Shown piece by piece: positions 49,852-59,409 of a stretch of DNA of 64,000 bases. The position numbers were made by a program, and so were the translations under genes. The stretch's first letter is position 1. Each line of letters opens with the position of its first letter. The stretch is from an uncultured Bacillota bacterium (lineage in GTDB: Bacteria > Bacillota_I > Bacilli_A > RFN20 > CAG-288). The stretch spans positions 86,545 through 150,544 of the forward strand of contig CASGEC010000001.1 in the NCBI GenBank assembly GCA_949300365.1, in the 5' to 3' direction. Under the pieces are notes generated by a model. That model was not told the DNA's origin. It saw only the letters and a program-made list of their open reading frames with translations, and searched no databases.

Positions 49852-51617
49852 TCTTTTCCCTCCTCCTGCAGTCGATAGATGTCCTGATAGATGGCGTTCT
49901 CCCTAAGAAGGCTATTGTTGGTTCCGATGCCATCGATATGACCTTGGTCGAGGACGATGATCCTGTCGGCATCCTTGATCGTGGAGACTTTCTGGGCGAT
50001 GACGATCTTCGTCATGTCCGTAAGTTCCTTCCTAAGGTTTTCCTTAAGCTGCCCTTCCGTGATCCTGTCCAAGGCGGAGAAGGAATCGTCAAGGATGAGG
50101 ACCTTCGGCTTCTTGAGGATGGCCCTGGCGATGCAGAGCCTTTGTCTTTGGCCCCCGGAAACGTTCGATCCGGATTGGCCGATCGGCGTATCAAGACCCA
50201 TGGGAAGCTTCTTCAGGACAAAGTCCTTGGAGCAGCAGATATCCAGGGCCTTGAGGATTTCCTCGTCCGTGGCGTTCTTGTTTCCCCAGAGGAGGTTTTC
50301 CCGCACGGTGCCAGCGAAAAGACGCGGGCTTTGGAAGGCGATGGCGACGTTCTTTCTTAGCTCGGCAAGGGGATAGTCGCGGATATCGCGCCCGGCGATG
50401 AGGATCTTTCCCTTGTCGACATCATAGAAACGTTCCAGAAGATAGGCCAAGGTCGACTTGCTGGATCCTGTCTGGCCGATGACGCCGACAAACTGGCCCG
50501 ATTCGACCCTGAAGGAGACATGCTCCAGGACGGCGCTCTCTCCGGAATAGCAGAAGGAGACGTCCTGGAATTCGATGGCGCCGTTTTCGATTTTGTTCCT
50601 GGGGTCGCCGTTATCCTTGATCTCGCTTTCCGTCTCCATGACTTCCTTGATTCGATAAAGGGATGCCTCCGAACGGGTGAAGGACATGAAGACGTTGGAG
50701 ACCATCGTCAGGGAGGCAAGAAGCTGGGCGACATAGCTGAGGAAGGAGGCCATGTCGTTGATGAAAAGGGCATCGTTTGCGCTTAAGGCGAGGTTTCCGC
50801 CGACCAAAAGAATGCCGATTGTGCAGCAATAGGTCATGAACTGCATGATGGCCTGATTGTAGGCGATGAATCCCAAGGACTTCTTGCTGACAGTAGCGAG
50901 GTTGGAATTGACCGTCTGGAATTTCTGGTTTTCGTATCCGGCCTTGTCATTGGCGCGGATGAGCTTCATCGCCACAAGGCTTTCCTGGGTGACCCGGTTG
51001 ATGCTGTCCAAGGATTTCTGGACCTTGAGGAATCTTGGCCGTGCCTTGATGGTCATGAACACCAAGATACCGGCAAGGACAGGAAGGATGATAGCAAAGA
51101 CGACAGAAAGACGTGCAGACATGGTGATGGCAAAGGCGAGAGCAAAAACAAGCTGGATAGGCGAGCGCAAAATGGGGCGCATGACCTGGCAGAAGGTGTC
51201 GGAGACGATCTGGATGTCGTTTGTCATCCTCGTGACGAGGGAATTGGTCCGGAAGCTATCGATGTTGCGGAAGGAGAAGGACTGGATCTTTTTGTACTCG
51301 GCCTTTCTCAGCTCGTATCCGAGGGCCCTTCCCGTCTTGGCGGTGAACTTCGCCGTGATGATGCCAAGGATCAGGGCGACGATGGCAAAGGCGACCATGA
51401 CGCCACCGATCATGAGGACAAAGGGAAGATTCAGGTTGTAGAGGACTTTGCCGTTCTCCTCATAGCGGTCCATGCCGTTTGTGAGAAGGACGTTCATCAA
51501 AAAGGGGATGGAGATTTCAAGGGCGCATTCGGCGACAATGGCAAAACAGGCGGGAAAGAAATAGCGGCGATAGGGCCGGGCATAGGCCCAAAGGTGAAAT
51601 CCATTGGCTTTCTTCAT
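49836..51617 (-). CDS. ABC exporter, fused permease/ATP-binding protein (partner half-transporter)
   Basis: Start at M16 of ORF 49836-51662. 6 transmembrane helices plus an NBD (GQTGSSKST, VSGGQRQRLCIARA). It overlaps the downstream partner gene, consistent with a heterodimer. Confidence 0.85.
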   Translation of the reverse strand: MKKANGFHLWAYARPYRRYFFPACFAIVAECALEISIPFLMNVLLTNGMDRYEENGKVLYNLNLPFVLMIGGVMVAFAIVALILGIITAKFTAKTGRALGYELRKAEYKKIQSFSFRNIDSFRTNSLVTRMTNDIQIVSDTFCQVMRPILRSPIQLVFALAFAITMSARLSVVFAIILPVLAGILVFMTIKARPRFLKVQKSLDSINRVTQESLVAMKLIRANDKAGYENQKFQTVNSNLATVSKKSLGFIAYNQAIMQFMTYCCTIGILLVGGNLALSANDALFINDMASFLSYVAQLLASLTMVSNVFMSFTRSEASLYRIKEVMETESEIKDNGDPRNKIENGAIEFQDVSFCYSGESAVLEHVSFRVESGQFVGVIGQTGSSKSTLAYLLERFYDVDKGKILIAGRDIRDYPLAELRKNVAIAFQSPRLFAGTVRENLLWGNKNATDEEILKALDICCSKDFVLKKLPMGLDTPIGQSGSNVSGGQRQRLCIARAILKKPKVLILDDSFSALDRITEGQLKENLRKELTDMTKIVIAQKVSTIKDADRIIVLDQGHIDGIGTNNSLLRENAIYQDIYRLQEEGKECQQA

Positions 51618-51725
51618 ATGGCCAAATTGTAAGCCAAAGGAAAAACGAATTTCAACGTGCATCCTTGTGGAAATAAAAAGTCTAGTCTCTTATAATTAAG
51701 TTGTTCACGGAGGTTATTAAGAACA

Positions 51726-52283
51726 ATGAAAGATTTGAAGGGTACGCAGACAGAGAAGAATCTCCAGGCTGCCTTTGCCGGAGAGAGCCAGGCCCACACC
51801 AAGTATCGCTATTATTCCGAAGTCGCCACCAAGGAAGGCCACAAGGAATTCGCCGATCTCTTCCTCGAGACCGCCCTCAACGAGAGCGAACATGCCGAGC
51901 TGTGGTTCAAGTATCTCCACGGCGGATCCATCCCCACGACCGAGGTCAACCTCGAGGATGCCGCTGCCGGTGAGAACTATGAGCAGACCCAGATGTATCC
52001 GGAGTTTGCCAGAGTCGCCAGAGAGGAAGGCTTCCCAGAGATCGCTGCCAAGTTCGAACTCGTCGGCAAGATCGAGGCCCGTCACGAAGCCCGCTACAAG
52101 GCGCTTCTTGAAGCCCTGAAGACGGACAAGCTCACCATCAAGGAAGGCGTTGTCGTTGTCTTCAAGTGCCAGGTCTGCGGCCATATCCATGTCGGCAGCA
52201 CCGCTCCCAAGGTCTGCCCCGTCTGCGGCCACAAGAATACCTTCCTTCCCGAAACCCTCTACTACGATTGGAAGGCCGAATAA
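51726..52283 (+). CDS. rbr: rubrerythrin
   Basis: 185 aa. A ferritin-like di-iron domain (E..H pairs) plus a C-terminal rubredoxin-like CxxC...CxxC (CQVCGH...CPVCGH). Confidence 0.9.
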   Translation: MKDLKGTQTEKNLQAAFAGESQAHTKYRYYSEVATKEGHKEFADLFLETALNESEHAELWFKYLHGGSIPTTEVNLEDAAAGENYEQTQMYPEFARVAREEGFPEIAAKFELVGKIEARHEARYKALLEALKTDKLTIKEGVVVVFKCQVCGHIHVGSTAPKVCPVCGHKNTFLPETLYYDWKAE

Positions 52284-52555
52284 GCTTCATCCAAAGTCGA
52301 TTGACCGCTGGGAAACCAGCGGTTTTTCTTATGCCCTGAAAGAATGGAGAGGTATGGCAACAAAAGGAAAATCCCGGTTGTAAATAAAGCCCTTACAATA
52401 TTTGCCAAAATTTCTTAGGAAATGGAAATATAGCGATAAAAAAGGCAATTTACGCCTTTCTTGAATTGAAGTAAAAGTCTATTAACAAGCCGAAATGTAA
52501 GTGCTATCATAATTTCAGGTTCGCTTCTATTCCAATATCGCTAGGAGGAAAATCC

Positions 52556-53749
52556 ATGGAAAAGCAGAAGCAGTATCGAATCGGGACAGAAGAACAACAG
52601 GCCTATCTGAGGGACTATAATTTCCCTCCCAAAGGCTATGGCTTTTTGGAGCCTGGGGTCGTCACTCCCGATTCCAACGATTTTGTCGCCTTCCAAGTCG
52701 CCAAGTCGTTCTATCAGGTCTATCCGGAAGTCTTCAACCTCGCCTACATCGAGAAGAAGACGGGCATCAAGAAAGCCGAGATCAAGAAGAGACTTTCCAA
52801 GATGTACCGCGACCATGAGATCATGCTTGTCTACAATCCGGCCGTCTCGATCATGGGCTGGGGACTCTACTACTGGATTGTCAAGCTGAAAAAGACGGCG
52901 ACGAAGGAAGAGCGCGAGGAACTGACGAAATGGTTCCAGGACAACGACCAGATCTGCACCGGATACATGATGGAGGAAGGCGGGGACTTCGATTACTTCA
53001 ACGGGAACCACATGCGCAACCTCGACAACCTGATCGCCGGCGTGCTCGACAAGTTCCGGAACAAGGACTATATCGAATACGTCCATCTCTGCCCGATCCG
53101 CCGCTGCGTCCGCGAAAGCCATGTCAACCAGTTCGATAGCCGCAAGGATTACCGCCGCTATTGCTGGAGCGAGGAACAGAAGAAGAACGTCCTCAAGTTC
53201 CAGAAGAAGATGGACAAGGACGACTTCGCCATCATCGATGCCATCAACAATACCAAGAGCATCGGCGACATGTTCGACTATGACGTCCTTGCCAAGCTCT
53301 CCGGACTGGATGCCGCGGAGATGAAGCAAAACCTCTGCCGGGTTGTCGACAAGGAAAAGAGCATGCTTCCGATGATCTATTTCAACTATCGGGCCATCGG
53401 CTTGAAGATGCACTTCTTTGCGGTGACGCTCTTCCAGAACACGCCGACCTTCCGCGCCGAGCAGATCCTCGACGAATTGTGCGAGGAAGAGGCTTTCGAG
53501 AACATCTTCGATATCGGCGATGCCCATCACAACTATGTCTTAAGCGCCTATGAGGACATCACGGACATCGATGCCATTCGCAAGAAGATCCTCTCCTATG
53601 GCGAGGTCACGGAAGTCTTGGAGGCCACCTCTCCCAGACAGTTCCGGCGCTGGACATGTCGGCTAGACGAGCAGAACGGCTATTGGGAGGAATGCGTCTT
53701 CACCGACGACGTCCTCTTGGACAGGACGACGGAAAAGGAGGGCAAGTAG
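52556..53749 (+). CDS. hypothetical protein with tandem Lrp/AsnC-like (HTH + RAM) modules
   Basis: 397 aa. Two repeats each resemble an AsnC-type HTH followed by a RAM-type beta-alpha-beta-beta-alpha-beta domain (~res 60-190 and ~210-380), for example DFAIIDAINNTKSIGDMFDYDVLAKLSGLDAAEMKQNLCRVVDKE then IGLKMHFFAVTLFQNTP. The stop is 1 nt before the next ATG. Confidence 0.5.
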   Translation: MEKQKQYRIGTEEQQAYLRDYNFPPKGYGFLEPGVVTPDSNDFVAFQVAKSFYQVYPEVFNLAYIEKKTGIKKAEIKKRLSKMYRDHEIMLVYNPAVSIMGWGLYYWIVKLKKTATKEEREELTKWFQDNDQICTGYMMEEGGDFDYFNGNHMRNLDNLIAGVLDKFRNKDYIEYVHLCPIRRCVRESHVNQFDSRKDYRRYCWSEEQKKNVLKFQKKMDKDDFAIIDAINNTKSIGDMFDYDVLAKLSGLDAAEMKQNLCRVVDKEKSMLPMIYFNYRAIGLKMHFFAVTLFQNTPTFRAEQILDELCEEEAFENIFDIGDAHHNYVLSAYEDITDIDAIRKKILSYGEVTEVLEATSPRQFRRWTCRLDEQNGYWEECVFTDDVLLDRTTEKEGK

Positions 53750-53750
53750 G

Positions 53751-55151
53751 ATGAAAATCGAAAAGGCAAGACCATACGTCGTCAAGAACCTGAAATACGC
53801 GCTCAATCCTTCCTCCATCGCCGTCGTCGGGGCTTCCCGCTATCCGACCAAGGTCGGAAACAAGGTCATCTACGAATTGGTCAAGTGGGGCTACAAGGGA
53901 AAGATCTATCCGGTCAATCCGCGTGCGGATGAGGTCCTCGGCTTCAAGGCCTACCATACCCTGAGGGACATCAAGGACCCTGTCGATCTCGTCTTCGTCG
54001 CCGTTCCGGCGCATCTTGTCCGCTCCATCGTCGAGGATGCTGTCAGCATCAAGGCAAAGATGATGGTCATCGCCACCTCGGCCTTCAAGGAAATCGGAAG
54101 AGGAGAACTGCAGAACGACATCACCGAATATTGCCGGAAGAACGAACTGCCCCTCATCGGCCCCAACCTCGTCGGCATGGGCTCGCCCTATCAGCACTTC
54201 AACTGCGGCTTCATTCCCTATCTCCCTGTCCCGGGACCGGTTGCCATGATCTCCCAGTCGGGCGCCAATCTTCTAGCCGCACTTGGTACCAGCCAGATGA
54301 GTCACTTCGGCATGTCTTTCTTCGTCGGCTTGGGAAACAAGGCGGATGTCGATTTCTCCGAGTTCATCGAATATGCCAATGAAGATCCCAACACCAAATG
54401 CCTTGCCATCTATATCGAGGGACTGGATTCCCCGGAGGCCTTCGTCGATTCCTGTCGCAAGGTCAGCAAGCCGATCGTGGTCATCAAGGTCGGGCGTTCC
54501 AAGATCGGCGTGAAGGCAGCCTTCGCCCACACGGCAAGCGAGAACCCCAACAGCGATGCCTACTACGACAAGATCATCAAAGATGCCGGTGCCATCAGGG
54601 CAACGACGTGGCAGGAATTCCTCGACGTCTCTTTGGCCCTTGGCAATCAGCCTGCCTTGAATGGGGACAACATCGTCATGATCACAAACGGCGGCGGTGC
54701 TGGCCTTCTTAGCTGCGATCACTTCGAGCGTTTAGGCCTTTCTCTCCATGAACTGAAGGAGATCTCGCCGATGCTCGAGCAGAGAATCCGCGCCTATATG
54801 CCGATGTTCGGTTCCCCGCTCAACCCGGTCGATATCTCCGGAACGGCAAGCGTCATCCAGTATAAGGGCGCCTTCCAGCAGGCCTTCCGCGATCCCAATG
54901 TCCATGGCGTCCTCGGCGCTATCTGCCCGACGGCGGTCACCGATGTCCTTGGAACGGCCAAGGCTGCCATTGAGGTCTACGACTCCTGCAAGGAGCTTGG
55001 AAAGCCATTCATCATGATCTGCCAGGGCGGCGAGGAATGCCGTGAAGCCATCATGCTTTTAAGGGATCATGGAATCCCGGCCTATCCCACCGCGGAGCAG
55101 GCTGTCAATGCCATGGTTGCCCTCTATCGCTACGGGACGAGGAAGAAGTAG
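53751..55151 (+). CDS. CoA-binding protein, NDP-forming acyl-CoA synthetase alpha-subunit-like (ACD alpha / Pat N-domain-like), standalone
   Basis: 466 aa. A CoA-binding Rossmann fold (SIAVVGASRYPTKVGNKV...IYPVNP) and a Succ-CoA-ligase-like domain (MISQSGANL, the conserved-His region). No ATP-grasp beta subunit is encoded nearby. Confidence 0.65.
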   Translation: MKIEKARPYVVKNLKYALNPSSIAVVGASRYPTKVGNKVIYELVKWGYKGKIYPVNPRADEVLGFKAYHTLRDIKDPVDLVFVAVPAHLVRSIVEDAVSIKAKMMVIATSAFKEIGRGELQNDITEYCRKNELPLIGPNLVGMGSPYQHFNCGFIPYLPVPGPVAMISQSGANLLAALGTSQMSHFGMSFFVGLGNKADVDFSEFIEYANEDPNTKCLAIYIEGLDSPEAFVDSCRKVSKPIVVIKVGRSKIGVKAAFAHTASENPNSDAYYDKIIKDAGAIRATTWQEFLDVSLALGNQPALNGDNIVMITNGGGAGLLSCDHFERLGLSLHELKEISPMLEQRIRAYMPMFGSPLNPVDISGTASVIQYKGAFQQAFRDPNVHGVLGAICPTAVTDVLGTAKAAIEVYDSCKELGKPFIMICQGGEECREAIMLLRDHGIPAYPTAEQAVNAMVALYRYGTRKK

Positions 55152-55421
55152 TCTTTCCCTTTGAAAAATTGGGCCTTCGTATCCTTTCCGCCAAAGGGTA
55201 TGAGGGCCTTTTTGCGTGGGCTATAGGGGCTTGTGCTTTTTTCCTTGAAAGGGGTTGTTTTTCTCTCCGGGAAGAGGTCTTTTGGGGGTAAGGAAAGGCG
55301 GTTTTTGGTTCCTTTGTTGTAGACGAGCTTGGCTGAAAGTTTTGTCATAATCGGCTATACTGTTAACATAAACCATGCAAAAAGGCAATTCTGTTCGTCG
55401 TTTTGGGAAGGGGAAGGCGCC

Positions 55422-55437
55422 ATGAAAATATTTTCAT
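55422..55437 (+). promoter_or_regulatory. 16-bp perfect palindrome ATGAAAATATTTTCAT, candidate LacI-family operator
   Basis: A perfect inverted repeat resembling a cre/LacI-type half-site arrangement (TGAAAA-TA-TTTTCA), about 70 nt upstream of the LacI-family regulator gene. Confidence 0.4.
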
Positions 55438-55508
55438 AAACGATTGCTTAGTATATATGTTTTCTTTATAATTCTATGTAAAGTGCGTTCATTATTAGGA
55501 GGTTCCGT

Positions 55509-56522
55509 ATGGAAGAAAACAAAAGAATGTTCAAGGACCGCGTGACCATCTATGAGGTCGCCAAGGTCGCCGGTGTCTCTTTGGCTACCGTCTCGAGAGT
55601 CATCAACAATCACCCCAATGTCACGGAAAAGACAAAGAAGGCCGTCAAGGAGGCCATTTCCCGTTTGGGTTACAAGCCTTCTGCCCTGGCCCAAGGCCTT
55701 GCCAACTCGCGTTCCACGAACATCGGTATCATGATTCCTTCCACCGGATATGCCTATGTTTCCAACATGCTCGATGGCATGATCGATATCGCCAAGATCT
55801 ACGGCTATGTCACTTCCATCTTCATTACCAAGAGGACCAAGGAGGATGCGGCCCAGGTCATCGAGTCCTTGATCAAGAGCCATGTCGATGGCGCCGTCAT
55901 CTATGACGATGAGCTCGGCACGGACGAGATCCGCTCCATCCAGAACTATCACATCCCCCTTATCGTCATCGGCCATGACATGAGCGGCGATTCCCTCGGC
56001 TCCATCATCGTCGAATACAAGGACCCCGTCATGGATGTCGTCAAGGAACACCTCCTTGCCGGACACGATGACGTCTATGTCCTGGATATTGTCAACGAGG
56101 GCAAGATGGTCGACGATATTCGCAACGGCCTTTCCGACTTCGCCCAGGCCAATGGCAAGCATATCAACCTGCTCAAGTTCAACGACTCCTATGGCATCGT
56201 CTATGCCGGCATGAAGTCGTTCTTCCGGGAGCATCGCAAAGGCTATTTCGTCGCGCCGAGAGATTCCCTTGCTGCGGCTATCGTCAATGCCGCCATCGAG
56301 AGCGGTCTTCGCGTTCCCGAGGATGTCGAGGTCCTTGCCGAGATCGGATCGAAGTATTCCTACATCATCCGTCCGCAGATCTCTTCCTTCTCCATCGACA
56401 TGTTCAAGGTCGGTTCCATCGCCGTCCGTATGCTGACGAAGCTTCTCAACGATTCTTCCTCCCTCACGGAAAAGACTTTCCGCATCCGCGCCAAATACAA
56501 CAAGAGAGAGACGACGCGTTAG
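55509..56522 (+). CDS. LacI-family transcriptional regulator
   Basis: 337 aa. N-terminal HTH VTIYEVAKVAGVSLATVSRVINN plus a periplasmic-binding-protein-like sugar-binding core. Confidence 0.85.
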   Translation: MEENKRMFKDRVTIYEVAKVAGVSLATVSRVINNHPNVTEKTKKAVKEAISRLGYKPSALAQGLANSRSTNIGIMIPSTGYAYVSNMLDGMIDIAKIYGYVTSIFITKRTKEDAAQVIESLIKSHVDGAVIYDDELGTDEIRSIQNYHIPLIVIGHDMSGDSLGSIIVEYKDPVMDVVKEHLLAGHDDVYVLDIVNEGKMVDDIRNGLSDFAQANGKHINLLKFNDSYGIVYAGMKSFFREHRKGYFVAPRDSLAAAIVNAAIESGLRVPEDVEVLAEIGSKYSYIIRPQISSFSIDMFKVGSIAVRMLTKLLNDSSSLTEKTFRIRAKYNKRETTR

Positions 56523-56543
56523 TCCCTTTTTGTGGAGGTGCTT

Positions 56544-58277
56544 ATGATTGCTTTCCCAATTGTTTTGATGAGTACCGTATCGACAATCCTCGTATCGGTC
56601 CTTGTTCCCGTCTTCGCCATTGCCCTTCTTGTCGGCGTCTTTCTCTTCCTGAGGCGGAAGGCCGTTTCCGGTTACGAGAAGATGGTCTCCGACTATGAAA
56701 GCTATCATGGCCAGCTGACCTCGTCCTGCAAGAACATGGTCAACCGCCTGAAATCCTTGGGCGAGTATTCTCCTTCCTTCCAGAAGTCCTATGAGGAGCG
56801 TAGCAAGCAATATGAGGATATCCTTGAAAGGCGCGACAAGAATCTGCGCCAGTCTCTGGAATCCTTAAGCCAGCTAAGGGAAGGAAAGAACTTCAAGGCT
56901 TTCAAGGGCCTTCTTTCCCAGACCCAGATTTCCCTCAACGACTATGAAAAGGCCGTTTCCAACTTCAACGAGGATCTGACAAGCCTTCTTCGCGATGACA
57001 TCGACACGAGGGACAGCTCCCTGCAATCCAAGAACATGCTCCGCCGCATCCGCGATTTCTATTCCGAGCACGAGGATGATTTGAGGTCGCTTAAGGAGAG
57101 CTTCGAACTGCTTTTTGAAAACGCCGAGTCGACCTTTGCCACTTTCGAGGACGATGTCAACCAGGCCAAGTTCAAGGAAGCCAGGGACCTTCTTCCCAAG
57201 ATCTCCAGCGTCCTTTCGGCCGTTCTTGCAATCCTCGGGGATCTTCCAAGCCTTGTCACCCGCGTCGAGAAAGTCATTCCGGAAAGCCTGAAGGACATGG
57301 AGGAAAAGTACCATGCCATGCTCCAGGAAGGCTTTGTCTTGGATTATCTGAAGGTTCCGGAAGTCCAGACCGAGACGAAGGAAGAACTTACCGACATCCG
57401 CAAGCGCCTCCGCCTTCTGGATACCCGTGGCGTTAAGGGACAGCTCGATAGGATCCAGTCGACCATCACCGATATCCTTGCGAAGTTCGCCGAGGAAAGA
57501 CGGGCCAAGGAGAGCTTCTTGGGAAACCAAGGGGACCTTTCCAATACCTCCTTCGAGCTTGAGAAGCGCTACAGCCGGCACATGAACCAGCTTGCCGAAT
57601 ACCAAAGGACCTATGTCCTGGATCGGAAGTACGTTGAGCAGATGTATGCCCTCAAGGACGATATCGAGAAGATCGGCTTCCTCAAGAGGGACATCGATTC
57701 CTATGTCGAGACGAAGGAAAGACAGCCCTATACCCTTATCACCAAAAGGATATCCGACATGCAGGCCGAGATTTCCAAGATCACGAGGACGATGGACGAC
57801 TATAGCCACTACCTTCAGTCCTTGAAGAACGATAGCCAGGCTATCTACCAGAATCTCCGCGCCCTCTATCTCGGACTGAAGGAAGAACAATGGCATATCC
57901 GCCAGATCAACCTCCCTTCCGTCGAGGAGACCTACAAGAGCCGCTTTGAGAAGCTCTACCGCGATACGAAGGCCATCGATGACATCATCCTCAAGGCCCC
58001 GGTCGACGTTTCCAAGGCCAAGGAAGCCTTCGAACCCTATCGGAAGGAATGCGAGGCGTTGATCAAGGATGTCCAGAACAAGTATGAACAGTGCCAGAAG
58101 GCCGAGCAGTCCTATGTCTATGCCAACGCCTTCCGTCTCGAGTTCTCGGATAGTAGACCCCTTCTTGTCACGGCGGAGAAGGCCTTCAACGAAGGAGACT
58201 TCGATCGTGCCAGCGACGAGGCCCTGAAGGTCGTCCGGATCTTCTCCTCCACAAAGAACAACGACAAAAATGCCTGA
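56544..58277 (+). CDS. ezrA: septation ring formation regulator EzrA
   Basis: A GGAGG RBS 5 nt before the ATG at 56544 (the listed ORF starts at an upstream GTG). A single N-terminal TM helix is followed by ~540 aa of predicted coiled coil. Conserved position ahead of the cysteine desulfurase and thiI. Confidence 0.8.
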   Translation: MIAFPIVLMSTVSTILVSVLVPVFAIALLVGVFLFLRRKAVSGYEKMVSDYESYHGQLTSSCKNMVNRLKSLGEYSPSFQKSYEERSKQYEDILERRDKNLRQSLESLSQLREGKNFKAFKGLLSQTQISLNDYEKAVSNFNEDLTSLLRDDIDTRDSSLQSKNMLRRIRDFYSEHEDDLRSLKESFELLFENAESTFATFEDDVNQAKFKEARDLLPKISSVLSAVLAILGDLPSLVTRVEKVIPESLKDMEEKYHAMLQEGFVLDYLKVPEVQTETKEELTDIRKRLRLLDTRGVKGQLDRIQSTITDILAKFAEERRAKESFLGNQGDLSNTSFELEKRYSRHMNQLAEYQRTYVLDRKYVEQMYALKDDIEKIGFLKRDIDSYVETKERQPYTLITKRISDMQAEISKITRTMDDYSHYLQSLKNDSQAIYQNLRALYLGLKEEQWHIRQINLPSVEETYKSRFEKLYRDTKAIDDIILKAPVDVSKAKEAFEPYRKECEALIKDVQNKYEQCQKAEQSYVYANAFRLEFSDSRPLLVTAEKAFNEGDFDRASDEALKVVRIFSSTKNNDKNA

Positions 58278-59406
58278 TATCTATTTCGATTGCGCATCGA
58301 CGACTCTCCCCGAAAAGGCAGCCCTCGATACTTTCGCGCGTGTCAGCGTCGAGGATTTTGCCAATGCCTCCTCGACCCATGCCTTGGGAAACAAGGCTTC
58401 CCGCATCCTGGAGAAGGCAAGAGAGCAGATCGCATCCTATTTTCATCTGGAACCTTCCGAGGTCATCTTCACCTCCGGAGCGACCGAGGGAAACAACCTC
58501 GCCATCAAAGGCGTAAGCTACCATTGCCGATCCTGGGGAAAGAAAATCCTCACGACAAAGGCCGAGCATCCCTCGGTTCTGAATGTCTATAAGGAACTGG
58601 AAAGGGAAGGCTTCCAAGCCGTCTATATCGACTACGACAAGGAAGGGAACCTCAATCTCCAGCAGCTGGAAAACGCCTTGGACGATTCCGTTTCCCTCGT
58701 TTCCGTGATGGCGGTCAACAACGAGACCGGCTATCTCTTCGATACGAAGAAGGTCTATAGCCTTGTCCATTCCAAGAGCCGGGCCAAGCTTCTTGTCGAT
58801 GCCACGCAAGCCATCGGAAAGGAACCGGTGGATAGCCTCAGCTATGACCTTCTGACTTTCTCCGGTCACAAGATCGGCGGATTGAAAGGCTCGGGTGCCT
58901 TGCTTAAGAGAAAGGACGTCCAGCTGGATGCCCAGATCCTCGGCGGCGGGCAGGAAAGCGGGTTCCGCTCCGGAACGTCGCCTGTTCCTCTGGACTGCTC
59001 CTTGGCGACGGCTCTTCGTCTCTCCTTGAAAAGCCTTCCCGAAAGACGGGAAAACGCCCGCCTTCTCAACGATTTCCTTCGCAAGGGACTTTCCACGATC
59101 GATGAGGCCGTCATCCTCTCTGGTCAGCATGCGACACCCTTCATCCTCTCCTTTGCCCTTCTTCGCCACAAGGGGTCCATCGTCCAGGAGGCCCTCTCGG
59201 CTAAGGGCATCTATGTTTCGACGAAGAGTGCCTGCTCCTCACGGGAGGAAGGCTATTCCTATGTCATCCAAAACGCCGGCTATCCGGAAAGGATCGCCCG
59301 CAATGCCATCCGCCTTTCCTTCTGCGGAAGGGAGACGATCGAGGACGGACGGCTGTTCCTGGAGGGACTCAGGGACGTTCTCTCCACCATTTCCACGGAG
59401 GATTGA
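58270..59406 (+). CDS. cysteine desulfurase (NifS/IscS/NifZ-type)
   Basis: 378 aa. Class V aminotransferase with PLP-lysine SGHKIGGLKG and the catalytic Cys loop region. It overlaps the ezrA stop. Confidence 0.9.
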   Translation: MPDIYFDCASTTLPEKAALDTFARVSVEDFANASSTHALGNKASRILEKAREQIASYFHLEPSEVIFTSGATEGNNLAIKGVSYHCRSWGKKILTTKAEHPSVLNVYKELEREGFQAVYIDYDKEGNLNLQQLENALDDSVSLVSVMAVNNETGYLFDTKKVYSLVHSKSRAKLLVDATQAIGKEPVDSLSYDLLTFSGHKIGGLKGSGALLKRKDVQLDAQILGGGQESGFRSGTSPVPLDCSLATALRLSLKSLPERRENARLLNDFLRKGLSTIDEAVILSGQHATPFILSFALLRHKGSIVQEALSAKGIYVSTKSACSSREEGYSYVIQNAGYPERIARNAIRLSFCGRETIEDGRLFLEGLRDVLSTISTED

Positions 59407-59409
59407 GCT

